Positions 43,144-53,981 of a DNA stretch of 56,177 nt are shown piece by piece (the stretch's first letter is position 1; each line of letters starts with the position of its first letter). Origin of the DNA: Rickettsiales bacterium. GTDB taxonomy: Bacteria > Pseudomonadota > Alphaproteobacteria > Rickettsiales > UBA1997. The stretch spans positions 1-56,177 of the forward strand of contig JAQTXT010000001.1 of assembly GCA_028688645.1 (NCBI GenBank), read 5' to 3'. A program made the position numbers and the translations under genes. The notes beneath the pieces are model-generated. The model was not told the origin of the DNA. It searched no databases and saw only the letters and a list, made by a program, of their open reading frames with translations.

Positions 43144-45912
43144 ATGGAAGAAGGATTAAACAAATTACCTGTAAAAGTTAGAAAAAAATTAGAACAAATA
43201 TTCAACGACGACATCAAAGTGGAGGATATAATACAATCTCAATATTGGGTTTCTTCAATAAGACAAGGTTATCTTATGACATTTTTTATTTTAAAAGAAC
43301 AAGATCCAATATTAATAAAACATTGCTTTGACATTATATCATTTTCTACAAATTTGAATGAAACTATTAAAGAAATAAATCAATATGAATCTAACTTGGG
43401 TAACAAAATAGTTTTTGTTTCAACATTAGCAGCACTAACATTAAGAATGGAAGCTATAGAATCAATGTACGCTAATAATGAAATCAATGAAGAAAAATAT
43501 CATAGTTTAAAACAGGAAGTTGAAGAAACCGCGAATAAATTTATATTGAAATACGATGAAAAAATAATAGTCGATTTCATGGAAAAATTAATAGATAACT
43601 CTGCAGATCGAAATTCAACAGATTCTTTTAATAATGAATTTACACAAATATTTTTTACAACAGAATTAAGAGAAGGCAATAAAGCTATTGAACAAATTAT
43701 CAGAAAATATACTATTTTAAAACCTGAAAATGAAGCGGCTATATTAGATAGAGATTTTTTCAATTTTCAAGGCGAGAATTTAGTTGGAATTCTTATAAGA
43801 GGTGGATTATACAGCCTTGTTGAAGAAAAAATGCCAAACACTGGCGTATTAAGCTTTTTAACAACCGCTGAAGCTAATATGACAAGATTCGATTATATAC
43901 AAGAACATCCAGATATAAAAGAAAAAACATATTTTGAACAATTATCATTAAAAAACAAAGAAATTAATATAAACTTTGATAAAAGAGTTCCTTCTACAGT
44001 CTTAGCACATGCTATAGTAAATTTTTTAGCAATAGAAACAGAAAATCCACAAAACCTAGAAAAAACTCAAAAAGCTTTAGATTGCGTTATTGATCTTTTT
44101 GGTAAACTAAATAAGTACATTGAAGAACTCTCACAAGAACAAGATGAAGCTAAAAGACAAAATGGATTTAAAGAAATAAATTATATGTTAAATGCTCCGA
44201 TTTTTGTAAATAAAACCTATACCACAATAGCTGAATTTTTACAAGATTTTGAGCCGGGAAATGAAATTCTTGATGCCAGTTTGATAAACTTAGGAATTGG
44301 ACAAAATACAAGCCCTTATGGTATAAAATTACATACCCTTAATGAGATGAATGAAATTGTAAAATCTAAACCCGATAGATTTGATTTGAAGATTATTGGA
44401 GGAATGATATTAGAAACGAATTTAAATAAAATAAAAAATGCTAAAAGTTCCCAAGAAAGAGTATCTATTTTGCAAAATTATATTTCAATAAAAGATAAGA
44501 AAGTCATAATAAATGAAGATGATCTAGAGGCGTTATTAGAATCCGCTCAAAACGATCAAGAACTAACAAATAAAATAGAGATGGATATTTGGACAGTTAT
44601 AGCGAAATCATATATTGATTTAAATTTAGCTGGACACCATATCATCGCTATGGAAAAATGGTTTACTTCAAAATATTATAGACTAGCTAATGTTTATTTA
44701 AAACATGAATCCGCAGCTATGAACTCATTACTAGAAAACAAAAATGTGAATGGTAAAATACTTGCTAGTTTAGAGATTACTGAAACAAATTTTCCAACTA
44801 TCCATAGAGCTTTGTTACTAAAAACAAAAACAATACCTACCGATACCGCTAATAAAATAACGACCAGAGCAAAATCTCCCGAAGTACTTAATGAATTAAC
44901 AAGAAAAAGAGGTATTCTCAGACTTGGTAGAAGACTTTGTGATCAAAAAATGTCTGAAATCGAAAGAAAAAAAGTAAATAAAATACTAACAGAAGGCGAA
45001 TTTGAAAATATAAAAAGTTATGAAATACTTCTAAAAAATGCAAAAAATAATAACGATCGTGTTAGTATTTTAAATAGAGCATTAAAATTAAAAGAGTTTT
45101 ATTCAAGTGAGTTATGCTTAAAATATTTTAAAATAATTATTTTGAATAAAAAAATTTTAAAAGAAGATAAAGAAAAATTACTAAACTCAATAAGCGAAGA
45201 AAATAGAGAGATATTTAGTTTGAAGTTATTAAAATCTATGTCAAATAAAGAATTAGTAATATTCTTAAATAATGTAAAAATTCCTGAAAATATTTTATTA
45301 TATCAATCAGTTTTAACACATATTGAAGAAAAACTTAATAAAAAAACGAGTTTCTTAGGAAAAACGGTTTTAAAAAGTCTAAATCAAAATACGATAGCTA
45401 TTTTTTCAAAGCACGCACAAAAAGTATGTAAATCAACATCGCAAGAACAAACTGCACAAACTGAAGAGGCGGAATATTCTATATCTCTTAATACGGATCC
45501 TACACCTAAAAAGTCTCAAGCGGAAATAGAAACATTAATTGGTAGTCCAATAAGACAAGCTGATAAATCAATTCCATCAATAATATTTTTCTTGGATAGC
45601 CAACCAGATTTTGAAAATCAGGCCATGTTTCTTGCAAGAAGAGCTAAATTATCAAAGTCTCAAGTAGAAAAACTTTTTAAAGCTTTAAAACCTGAAGCAG
45701 TAGACATACAAACAGACTTCTTAAAAGCGCTCTTAACTAATCCAGCAGTTAATAAAGATAAAGATATTTTGGGTTTTATAATCGAAAGCACTAGAAAAAC
45801 ACAAGATGCTACATTATGGAAAGAAGCGACAGAATACACCAAAAAAGTAAAGAAAGTTGAAGATCCAGAATTAACAAGAAGAGTTGCTAGACTCTCAATT
45901 AGAGCTAAATAA
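43144..45912 (+). CDS. Large orphan protein (922 aa) with a basic C-terminal tail
   Basis: A long uninterrupted ORF in a dense coding context with no recognisable domain. Its C-terminal 260 aa or so are paralogous to the next gene. Confidence 0.75.
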   Translation: MEEGLNKLPVKVRKKLEQIFNDDIKVEDIIQSQYWVSSIRQGYLMTFFILKEQDPILIKHCFDIISFSTNLNETIKEINQYESNLGNKIVFVSTLAALTLRMEAIESMYANNEINEEKYHSLKQEVEETANKFILKYDEKIIVDFMEKLIDNSADRNSTDSFNNEFTQIFFTTELREGNKAIEQIIRKYTILKPENEAAILDRDFFNFQGENLVGILIRGGLYSLVEEKMPNTGVLSFLTTAEANMTRFDYIQEHPDIKEKTYFEQLSLKNKEININFDKRVPSTVLAHAIVNFLAIETENPQNLEKTQKALDCVIDLFGKLNKYIEELSQEQDEAKRQNGFKEINYMLNAPIFVNKTYTTIAEFLQDFEPGNEILDASLINLGIGQNTSPYGIKLHTLNEMNEIVKSKPDRFDLKIIGGMILETNLNKIKNAKSSQERVSILQNYISIKDKKVIINEDDLEALLESAQNDQELTNKIEMDIWTVIAKSYIDLNLAGHHIIAMEKWFTSKYYRLANVYLKHESAAMNSLLENKNVNGKILASLEITETNFPTIHRALLLKTKTIPTDTANKITTRAKSPEVLNELTRKRGILRLGRRLCDQKMSEIERKKVNKILTEGEFENIKSYEILLKNAKNNNDRVSILNRALKLKEFYSSELCLKYFKIIILNKKILKEDKEKLLNSISEENREIFSLKLLKSMSNKELVIFLNNVKIPENILLYQSVLTHIEEKLNKKTSFLGKTVLKSLNQNTIAIFSKHAQKVCKSTSQEQTAQTEEAEYSISLNTDPTPKKSQAEIETLIGSPIRQADKSIPSIIFFLDSQPDFENQAMFLARRAKLSKSQVEKLFKALKPEAVDIQTDFLKALLTNPAVNKDKDILGFIIESTRKTQDATLWKEATEYTKKVKKVEDPELTRRVARLSIRAK

Positions 45913-45927
45913 TTTATAGGTTAGTTT

Positions 45928-46836
45928 ATGCAACAGGAAGATTTTAACATACTATCAGATAAGATTCAAAAAGAATTTGAATTTAATGAAAATTCAAAAG
46001 ACTTTGTTGCATTTTTCAAACCTTTTATTATTAAAGTTTTGTTGAGTATTATTTTTTCAACAAAAATTTCAGAAAATACTAAAACTAAAGTTTTTAATAT
46101 AGTTCGTGAAAGTGGTAAAATTTTAGATTATTTTTTAGAATCTCTAAATGAAAAAGAATTATTAATTCTTCTAAACAATGTTAGATTATCAGAATTATTA
46201 TTCGAAAATTTAACTCAAAAAAACAAAGAAATCTTATATACAAAACTAAACAAAGAAATAGGTATTTTCCCAAGAATATTATTATTAAATCAAATTCCAA
46301 ATAAACTTCAAAAAATCATACAAGAATGGAATATTAATATTCAAAACAAAAAAGAAGATAATGAGGTAGTAAGACAAACTTATACAGATGATGCTTTTCA
46401 AGAAACAGAAAAATCAAAAACAATTCAAACAAATGCAGCGAAAATCATTCAAGAAGAGCAAATTAATATAAAAAATTTATTTAATGACATTAATCTTTCA
46501 GATGAAGTTGTTGAATTACTAGGACAAACAACGACACAAAAAGATCAATTTCTAATTGTTGTAAGTAAAGAAAATATTAATCTAGTTCAATTGAAGAAAA
46601 TTGAATCTCTATTAACTACAGAGCATGACAAAAGGGCATTATTAACTAATGCACTATTAAATCCTTTTATAAAAAATAATATGGAAATTTTAAAATATAT
46701 CGTTCAACAATCTCACGATAATAGTGATTTTGAACTTTGGTCTAATGCTATGGATGAATTAGATGTTCTTAAGGAAAAATCGCAAGAAACTGAGGAAGAT
46801 GATTCTTTTGTAGCAAGATTAAAAAGAAGCAGATAA
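45928..46836 (+). CDS. Orphan protein (302 aa), paralog of the C-terminal part of the upstream 922-aa protein
   Basis: Shared blocks are KELLILLNNVRL / KELVIFLNNVKI, ALLTN, IL.(Y/F)I, LW, and terminal ARLKRSR / ARLSIRAK. Confidence 0.7.
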   Translation: MQQEDFNILSDKIQKEFEFNENSKDFVAFFKPFIIKVLLSIIFSTKISENTKTKVFNIVRESGKILDYFLESLNEKELLILLNNVRLSELLFENLTQKNKEILYTKLNKEIGIFPRILLLNQIPNKLQKIIQEWNINIQNKKEDNEVVRQTYTDDAFQETEKSKTIQTNAAKIIQEEQINIKNLFNDINLSDEVVELLGQTTTQKDQFLIVVSKENINLVQLKKIESLLTTEHDKRALLTNALLNPFIKNNMEILKYIVQQSHDNSDFELWSNAMDELDVLKEKSQETEEDDSFVARLKRSR

Positions 46837-47188
46837 ATATACATTGTCACAAATTCGATACGATTAATACCTCATTTTAAGACTAACTTACACTGAAAAG
46901 CCTTAAAATAAGCTATATCCACCCCCCAACCCCCAAAAAAATCAGCTATCATATACTTAAGACTTAAACATTAAAAGAATTTCTTCAAATCCAATTTATC
47001 CTTGAGGAAGATTGGTTTTCAGTACTTAAACCTTAAAGTTAACTATTCCTCAAAAATTAATAAAAATCTATTGACTTACAATTTTGAATACATAATATAT
47101 GGTAAGTTATATATTTTTTAGTGTATAGCCTAAAAACTGGATCTGTTTCTATTTCTCGCACAAACAATATTTAATCTAGATTCAGTTT

Positions 47189-48514
47189 TTATTTTCCTAT
47201 ACAAAATTTTGAAAAAATATTATCTAAAATTTCTTCAACATTAATTTTTCCAGTTATTCTTCCAATATGGTTAGCTGCTAATCTTATATTTTCAGCATTA
47301 ATTTCTATTGAATTTTTAAATGTAAATAACTCCAATTTTTTTAATGATTCAATCAATTCTTGTCTACATCTTTCATTCGTAATTATTGTATTTACATTTG
47401 GCGAAACTATAGATTCTAATTTTTCCTGTAAAATTCCCATGAATTTATCCAAATTTAGATTATCTTTTAAAGAAATTTCAATAACGGAACTGGCATTATC
47501 TATTTTTAATTCTTTATTGTTATGTTTTAAATCAATTTTATTTAATAAAATTATTGTATTTCTATCTATCAAATTTAATATTTTTTGATCAACATTTACA
47601 TTATCCGCCCCAATAACAAGAATCTTCAAATCGGAATTTTCTGCTTTATTTAAAGCCCTCTTAACACCCTCATGTTCAATAACATCAGTGGTATCTCTAA
47701 TTCCCGCAGTATCATATAAAATAACTGGAATGCCATTTATATCAATATAAACCTCAATAACATCTCTCGTTGTTCCGGCAATTTCAGAAACAATAGCAAC
47801 TTCTCTTTTTGATAAGAAATTTAATAATGTTGATTTACCGGAGTTAGGTTCACCAATAATGGCAACATGAAATCCATCTTTAATTTTTTCGCCAATTTTA
47901 TTATCATTCAAATTATCTTTTATTATCGAGATTATTTTTTGAATTTTTATTTCTATTTCTTTTTCCAAATCATTAGGAATATCTTCTTCAGGAAAATCAA
48001 TAAAAGCTTCTAAAATTGATAATATTTCCACAATTTTTTTTCTTAAATCTTCATAAAAATTTGAATTTTTACCTTGTAGTTGATCTACAGCTAATTTATG
48101 TTGTAATTCAGTTTCTGATTTTATTAAATCTAAAATGGATTCCGCTTGCATTAAGTCAATCTTACCATTCAAAAAAGCTCTTTTAGAAAATTCGCCTCTT
48201 TCAGCCATTCTTACATTTTCTATAGATAATAAAATTCTTGAAACTTTTGAAATTATATAATTTGAACAATGCAGACTTATTTCACAAACGTCCTCACCTG
48301 TAAAGCTATTTGGAGACCCAAAATAAACAACTAATGCCTCATCGATAACATTAAGCTCTTTATCTTTTAAAACACAGAGAGTAGCTTCTCTGTGTTTTAA
48401 AATTTTATTAATACCTAATTGCTTCAAACAATCCAAAACCTTATCACCAGAAATTCTGATAACATAAACACTACAATTACCTTTTAATGTAATCGGTGCA
48501 AATATTGTATCCAT
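47189..48514 (-). CDS. mnmE: tRNA modification GTPase MnmE (TrmE)
   Basis: 441 aa. The G1 motif is GEPNSGKSTLLN, followed by DTAGIR, and the C-terminus is FCIGK. Confidence 0.95.
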   Translation of the reverse strand: MDTIFAPITLKGNCSVYVIRISGDKVLDCLKQLGINKILKHREATLCVLKDKELNVIDEALVVYFGSPNSFTGEDVCEISLHCSNYIISKVSRILLSIENVRMAERGEFSKRAFLNGKIDLMQAESILDLIKSETELQHKLAVDQLQGKNSNFYEDLRKKIVEILSILEAFIDFPEEDIPNDLEKEIEIKIQKIISIIKDNLNDNKIGEKIKDGFHVAIIGEPNSGKSTLLNFLSKREVAIVSEIAGTTRDVIEVYIDINGIPVILYDTAGIRDTTDVIEHEGVKRALNKAENSDLKILVIGADNVNVDQKILNLIDRNTIILLNKIDLKHNNKELKIDNASSVIEISLKDNLNLDKFMGILQEKLESIVSPNVNTIITNERCRQELIESLKKLELFTFKNSIEINAENIRLAANHIGRITGKINVEEILDNIFSKFCIGK

Positions 48515-48522
48515 TCATTCAA

Positions 48523-49062
48523 CTATTTAATTGTTTTGATAGTATCAGTAGTAGTAGTTGTTGTAGTAGTTGTAACACTAGTATCACTTGGAACTACAAC
48601 TGGATTTTCAACAACATTAGATGTATTTTCATCAACACTTATATCTTCTACTACATTTGCATTATCATCAACATTATTAAAATCAACAACTCCTTGATTA
48701 TCAATAGCATTATTATTCAAATCCAAAGGTGCGTTTTCTACACCGTCCATAGGCATAGATTCAATAGCTTCTGTATTTACATTTTCATTAATAACGCCAT
48801 TTTCTTCACTATTAGTATTATTTACTCCACTACTATTAATAGTTTCATTTACTAATGGAGAATTATCCTGCTGCTCAACTTCTATTTCATTGATTTTTTG
48901 TTCATTATTATCAAACACTTTCTTCATTTCTTCTTCAACTTTTATCTCAGCGTCTTCTCCACTACCAAATTTTCCCTTGAAAGAATCAGAGAATTTAACA
49001 CCTAATGCAAAAGAAAAAGCAAAAGCAACCAAAAATAACACAATTTTTAAAAATCTAACCAT
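48523..49062 (-). CDS. Membrane-anchored acidic low-complexity protein (hypothetical)
   Basis: 179 aa. An N-terminal TM is followed by an N/V/D/E-rich region and a poly-Thr run. It lies 8 nt upstream of mnmE on the same strand. Confidence 0.6.
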   Translation of the reverse strand: MVRFLKIVLFLVAFAFSFALGVKFSDSFKGKFGSGEDAEIKVEEEMKKVFDNNEQKINEIEVEQQDNSPLVNETINSSGVNNTNSEENGVINENVNTEAIESMPMDGVENAPLDLNNNAIDNQGVVDFNNVDDNANVVEDISVDENTSNVVENPVVVPSDTSVTTTTTTTTTDTIKTIK

Positions 49063-49188
49063 CTTATATTAAAAATATTCAATAACTATCATTAGAAAAT
49101 AAGGAATTATTTTTAAATTGCAAGAAAATTATGGATTTTTTAAATTATACAATTATTATAACCCAAAGTTACTATAAAATGGTTTGGA

Positions 49189-49875
49189 GTGAATTTAACA
49201 TATTTTGATTACTTTATTTTCTTAATAATGTTTTTTCTCACATTATTAGGTCTTTTAAGAGGTCTAATAAGGGAGCTTTTCTCTCTGTTAACTTGGATTG
49301 GAAGTGGTACTTTGATAGTAGCTTTAAGGCCAATAATAACAAACTTAATATTACAAAAAATATCAAATCCGCTCATAGCAAATGCAATCAGTAGCTCATT
49401 AATTTTTATAATAGCAATCGTAGGATTATCAATTTTAGCATCAAATCTTTCTAAAACAATTACAACTAAAATTCCATCATCTATAAACATGACATTGGGA
49501 ATTGCGTTTGGTTTTACAAAGGGTTTTATTATATCATCTCTAATATTTGCGACTATCATAAATATTTTTGATGATGGATTTAATTTAAAAGACAAATTTG
49601 GACCAGGATGGCTACAAAAATCAGCCACATATAGACCATTATCATTTGGAGCATTTTTAATTTTACCAGTTGTTGATCCAATTTTGAACGAAATGAAAGG
49701 TACTTATAGTATACCAAGTGAGGATCTTGATAAAAAAGTTCTAAATAAAAATACAAAAAAAGAAACCGAATTAATAAAAATAGAAGACGAAAAAAAATCA
49801 AAAAAAGAAAAAGATGAAGGTTATACTAAAGATCAAATTGACAAATTAGATCATCTTATAGATTTAACAATGTAA
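49189..49875 (+). CDS. cvpA: CvpA-family membrane protein
   Basis: The N-terminus has the ..FDYFIFLIMFF..LLGLLRGLIRELFSL.. pattern and 4 TM helices typical of CvpA. It has an apparent GTG start. Confidence 0.78.
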   Translation: MNLTYFDYFIFLIMFFLTLLGLLRGLIRELFSLLTWIGSGTLIVALRPIITNLILQKISNPLIANAISSSLIFIIAIVGLSILASNLSKTITTKIPSSINMTLGIAFGFTKGFIISSLIFATIINIFDDGFNLKDKFGPGWLQKSATYRPLSFGAFLILPVVDPILNEMKGTYSIPSEDLDKKVLNKNTKKETELIKIEDEKKSKKEKDEGYTKDQIDKLDHLIDLTM

Positions 49876-49953
49876 AAACATAATAAAAAAGTTTTCTCTT
49901 GCAATTTTATTTTAAATTTCAATACTTATTCAGGTTGTTAATTTAAAGATAAA

Positions 49954-51453
49954 ATGGAAAACATAACAGATTATAAAAAAGTTTCAGAAACTGCTGACGA
50001 ACAAAAGCTATTAAAATTAAAAGCTTTAAGAGAAGCTAATATCGAACCATACCCTTATAGTTTTGACAGAACTATTGACTCTAACAAGTTAAAGCAAGAA
50101 TATGATTTTTTACAACCAGGTGAAAAACTTGAAGACAAAGTTTTCAAAACTGCTGGAAGATTAATGCTCAGAAGAGATATGGGAAAAGCCATGTTTCTTG
50201 ATATCCATGATCAAAATGGAAAAATTCAAATATATTTATCAAAACCAGCTTTATCAGAAGAAGAACAAAAATTTATACCACTTCTTGATATTGGCGATTT
50301 TATTGGTATTGAAGGTTATGTTTTTAGAACAAATAAAGGTGAATTAAGTTTACATTGCCAAAAAATTTGGCTATTAACTAAATCAATTGCCAGTCTGCCT
50401 GAAAAATTCCATGGTTTAACTGACCAAGAATTAAAATATAGACAAAGATTTATTGATTTAACTATGAATCAAGATGTTCGAGACACATTCAAAAAAAGAA
50501 GTTTAATTATTTCCACAATTAGGAAATATCTTGACGAAAAAGGTTTTATGGAAGTCGAAACTCCAATACTTCAACCAATTTATGGTGGTGCAGCGGCTGA
50601 GCCATTTACAACACATCACAAAGCTCTTGATATGACTTTATATCTAAGAATAAGCGTTGAAACATATTTAAAAAGGTTAGTAGCTGGCGGTTTTGAAAAA
50701 GTTTATGAAATTGGTAGGAATTTTAGAAATGAAGGCGTTGATACTACTCACAATCCAGAATTTACAATGATTGAATGGTATGAATCTTATACCGATTATA
50801 ATGATCAAATGAACAATGTTGAAAATTTATTGGAAAGTATTGCAAAAAAACTTAATAATGGTTCAACTATTGTGAATTATAAAGGTATGGAAGTTGATTT
50901 TAAGGCACCTTTTAAAAGATTAAGTATTTACGAGGGCTTAAGACAATACGCTGGTATTGAAAATCCAGAAAACATAGAAAAAAATGATGTTATTAAAAGA
51001 TTAAGAGTATTAGGTGCTGATGTAGAAGAAAAGAAGAGCAAGGGAGAATTAATGTTGCAATTATTTGAAGAAACTTGCGAAGAACATTTAATTCAACCAA
51101 CGTTTGTTATTGATTACCCTATTGAAGCTTGTCCTTTAACAAAAGTTCATAGAAAAAATAGTAATCTAGTTGAAAGATTCGAACTATTTGCTGGTTGCGT
51201 AGAATTAGGTAATGCTTATTCAGAGTTAAACGATCCAATAGACCAATATAATAGATTGAAAAAACAAGAAGAGAACAGAGGTTTTGATGCCGAAGCTATG
51301 CCTATGGATGAAAATTTCGTTCATGCTTTAGAAATTGGTATGCCTCCATTAGGTGGCGTTGGCATTGGTATTGATAGATTAATTATGTTTATGACATCTA
51401 CACCAAATATTAAAGATGTTTTATTCTTCCCAACACTAAAAAATAAAAAATAA
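49954..51453 (+). CDS. lysS: Lysine--tRNA ligase, class II
   Basis: 499 aa. There is an OB-fold N-domain, with class II motifs (..FMEVETP.., ..YEIGRNFRNEG.. and ..GGVGIGIDRL..). Confidence 0.95.
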   Translation: MENITDYKKVSETADEQKLLKLKALREANIEPYPYSFDRTIDSNKLKQEYDFLQPGEKLEDKVFKTAGRLMLRRDMGKAMFLDIHDQNGKIQIYLSKPALSEEEQKFIPLLDIGDFIGIEGYVFRTNKGELSLHCQKIWLLTKSIASLPEKFHGLTDQELKYRQRFIDLTMNQDVRDTFKKRSLIISTIRKYLDEKGFMEVETPILQPIYGGAAAEPFTTHHKALDMTLYLRISVETYLKRLVAGGFEKVYEIGRNFRNEGVDTTHNPEFTMIEWYESYTDYNDQMNNVENLLESIAKKLNNGSTIVNYKGMEVDFKAPFKRLSIYEGLRQYAGIENPENIEKNDVIKRLRVLGADVEEKKSKGELMLQLFEETCEEHLIQPTFVIDYPIEACPLTKVHRKNSNLVERFELFAGCVELGNAYSELNDPIDQYNRLKKQEENRGFDAEAMPMDENFVHALEIGMPPLGGVGIGIDRLIMFMTSTPNIKDVLFFPTLKNKK

Positions 51454-51478
51454 AATATAATAAAAACAAATTTTAAAA

Positions 51479-51504
51479 GGACTCATTTTTTGAGTTCTTT
51501 TTTA
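51479..51504 (+). terminator. Rho-independent terminator after lysS
   Basis: ggactca-ttttt-tgagttc followed by ttttttatt. Confidence 0.6.
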
Positions 51505-51564
51505 TTTACTAATAAAAAATATAAAATTAGGATAATATTCATATATTAATAATAATTTTGCGAT

Positions 51565-51954
51565 ATGGCTGATAAATGTTTCTTCTGTAAGTTTGAGAAA
51601 GGTTTAATAAATGAGAATAAAATCCTTGATGGAAAATTAGCGTATATTATTGCTGATGGACACCCAGTAACTCAACATCATTGTTTAATAGTTCCAAAAA
51701 GACATTTTGCTAGTTTCTTTGAAATTACAAATGAAGAATTGCTTGAAATTAATGAATTGATTAAAGTTAGAAAGGATCAAATATTAAAATTAGATCCAAC
51801 AGTTTCTGGATTTAATATTGGTATTAATATAGGAGAAGCTGCGGGACAAACAGTATTTCACTTACATGTTCACCTAATACCAAGAAGAATCGGGGATGTT
51901 GAGCATCCAAGAGGTGGCGTGAGAGGTGTGATACCCGAGAAACAAAGTTATTAA
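51565..51954 (+). CDS. HIT-family nucleotide hydrolase
   Basis: 129 aa. It carries the histidine triad HLHVHLIP. Confidence 0.9.
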   Translation: MADKCFFCKFEKGLINENKILDGKLAYIIADGHPVTQHHCLIVPKRHFASFFEITNEELLEINELIKVRKDQILKLDPTVSGFNIGINIGEAAGQTVFHLHVHLIPRRIGDVEHPRGGVRGVIPEKQSY

Positions 51955-51966
51955 ATAATTTTCAAG

Positions 51967-51991
51967 ACTCAGATTTATTCTGAGTTTTTTT
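51967..51991 (+). terminator. Rho-independent terminator after the HIT gene
   Basis: actcaga-tttat-tctgagt followed by tttttt. Confidence 0.6.
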
Positions 51992-53861
51992 AATATAAAA
52001 AATCTACAACGACATTACTATTTGTTGCAGTTTTATCGATAACAACTTTTTTACTATATTTATTAATCAAACAAGGCGTTTCTTTTGTAAAATTACAGTA
52101 ATAAAAATCACCTTTAATATAATAAATCGTATTCTCTTCTAAATCTGGCAATTTTAAAATATTATTTTTTATAATTTCGTCTTTACTGTATGACTTAATA
52201 AGTATCGCACTATTATTTTCTTTGTCTTCTTCAAATATAGACAATGATTGTGGAGCCATTTTTTCAAAAGAATAACCATTCGTTAAATTTAATATAATTT
52301 CGCTATTGAAATTTGGATTTAATTTAATCTCTTTAATCTTATTAACATCTAAAAAATCGTCGTAGCTTGTTTTTAATTTATTATACTCATAACCAAAATT
52401 TATATTTATTATTTTTGTATCATCTGTATTTTTATTTAATTGAATTAATTTTTTATTATTTTCATTAGTAATGTATAATTTATCTTTTACATCTACAATA
52501 TCAGTCGGCGAATCATAAATTCCATTTTTGTTATTACTGTATACTTTTATATTGCCATCTTTAACCTTTAATATTCTATTATTGAATTTATCTACAAAAT
52601 AAAAACCAGTTTCATCAATATGAAAATTATAGTTATCTTTTATATGAATTTCGTTATTTAAATTTAATTCTTTAAAATCAATCTCTTTAGTTATTCTATT
52701 ATTTTTTTCCAAACTATAAAGACTATTATCATTAGAATTTAAAAAATATATTTTATCATTAAATTTACTTAGTTTTAAAATATTTTTTGAACAAAACGAG
52801 CAATCTAAATTATTTATTTCATTAGTTTTCAAATTATATTTTATCAATGGATTTTCTCCAGCTGTTGAAATAATCAAATTATCATTAAATATTTCGACAT
52901 CTAACGGTTTGTTTATTTTCAATATAGAACTTGTTCCCAATGTCTTTAAATCAACTTTCCTAATTGAATTATTACAAGTATCAGATACATATAAATACTC
53001 ATTATCAGTAGCTAATCCAAAAGGATAACAAAAACTTGAATTTATAGCAATACCATCTTCCCTTCCCTCTTTACCGCTACCAATTTGTTTTACAATATTT
53101 CCATCTAATGTCATAACATATATTTTTCTACCCCTTGCATCAGTAATGAGAAAATAAGGAATACCATCTTCGCTTTTATTTATATATTTAATATGATTCA
53201 AAGATTTTATAAATGTTTCTGGAACTCTTTCCTTCTCCAAGGAAAGTTCTGCTAATTTCGAAGTATTTATCTTATCTTTTTGATTTAGTAATTTATTTAT
53301 ATCTCCTATTAATTCAGCTTCCTTAATCTCATTAAAATTCCATTCTTTCTGTATAATTCCTTTAGCATCAATTAAAGCAAAATAATTTCCATTATAATCT
53401 AAAACTTTACTGAGATCCAAACTAGATATGTTAATAATCGGTCTCTCCACACTATTCTTTATTATATAGTTTATTAGTACATTACTATCCAATTGAGATT
53501 CATCTGTAATAACATCAATAATAGTAATTTTATTCTTAAAAAGATTTTCTAATTTATTAGCTAAATTCAAAGAAAATATATAAGAAAAATCTCTTATGTT
53601 ATATACATTCAGCAGAATAATTCTACCTTCCAAATCTTTAATATTTAATTCTCTTATATTAAAGATTGATTTATTTTGATTATTAATTATAGGGGTCAAA
53701 ACTGTATTATATTCACTTTTATTACCAGTACTTTTATAACAAAAAGACAAAATTAATAAAATAGTAAACAAAATAATGATAATAATTAACTTTTTTCTTT
53801 TAATTATTGGTAATTTTCTCTTATACATTGAAATATAGCATAAATTATTACTGTCTGACAT
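51990..53861 (-). CDS. Membrane-anchored NHL-repeat beta-propeller protein with a thioredoxin-fold-like N-domain
   Basis: 623 aa. An N-terminal TM is present. NHL-like repeats include ..FCYPFGLATDNEYLYVSDTCNNSIRKVD.. and ..SPTDIVDVKDKLYITNENNKKLIQL... Confidence 0.65.
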   Translation of the reverse strand: MSDSNNLCYISMYKRKLPIIKRKKLIIIIILFTILLILSFCYKSTGNKSEYNTVLTPIINNQNKSIFNIRELNIKDLEGRIILLNVYNIRDFSYIFSLNLANKLENLFKNKITIIDVITDESQLDSNVLINYIIKNSVERPIINISSLDLSKVLDYNGNYFALIDAKGIIQKEWNFNEIKEAELIGDINKLLNQKDKINTSKLAELSLEKERVPETFIKSLNHIKYINKSEDGIPYFLITDARGRKIYVMTLDGNIVKQIGSGKEGREDGIAINSSFCYPFGLATDNEYLYVSDTCNNSIRKVDLKTLGTSSILKINKPLDVEIFNDNLIISTAGENPLIKYNLKTNEINNLDCSFCSKNILKLSKFNDKIYFLNSNDNSLYSLEKNNRITKEIDFKELNLNNEIHIKDNYNFHIDETGFYFVDKFNNRILKVKDGNIKVYSNNKNGIYDSPTDIVDVKDKLYITNENNKKLIQLNKNTDDTKIININFGYEYNKLKTSYDDFLDVNKIKEIKLNPNFNSEIILNLTNGYSFEKMAPQSLSIFEEDKENNSAILIKSYSKDEIIKNNILKLPDLEENTIYYIKGDFYYCNFTKETPCLINKYSKKVVIDKTATNSNVVVDFLY

Positions 53862-53981
53862 TCTATAATTAAGATAATTAAAAACAAGTGTTAATGTTCC
53901 AGTACTTTTAAACTGTCAGAATAATTGACAAATTAATTTTATCACATACAATTTTTACATCTAAAGCAAACTATTTATTTA

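Noticed and set aside
46919-46941. A C-rich tract (ccaccccccaacccccaaaaaaa) as a phase-variable homopolymer
   Set aside because: It lies in a non-coding spacer downstream of a gene's stop, not in a promoter spacer or coding region. The runs are short (5-6 C). No regulated gene can be assigned.
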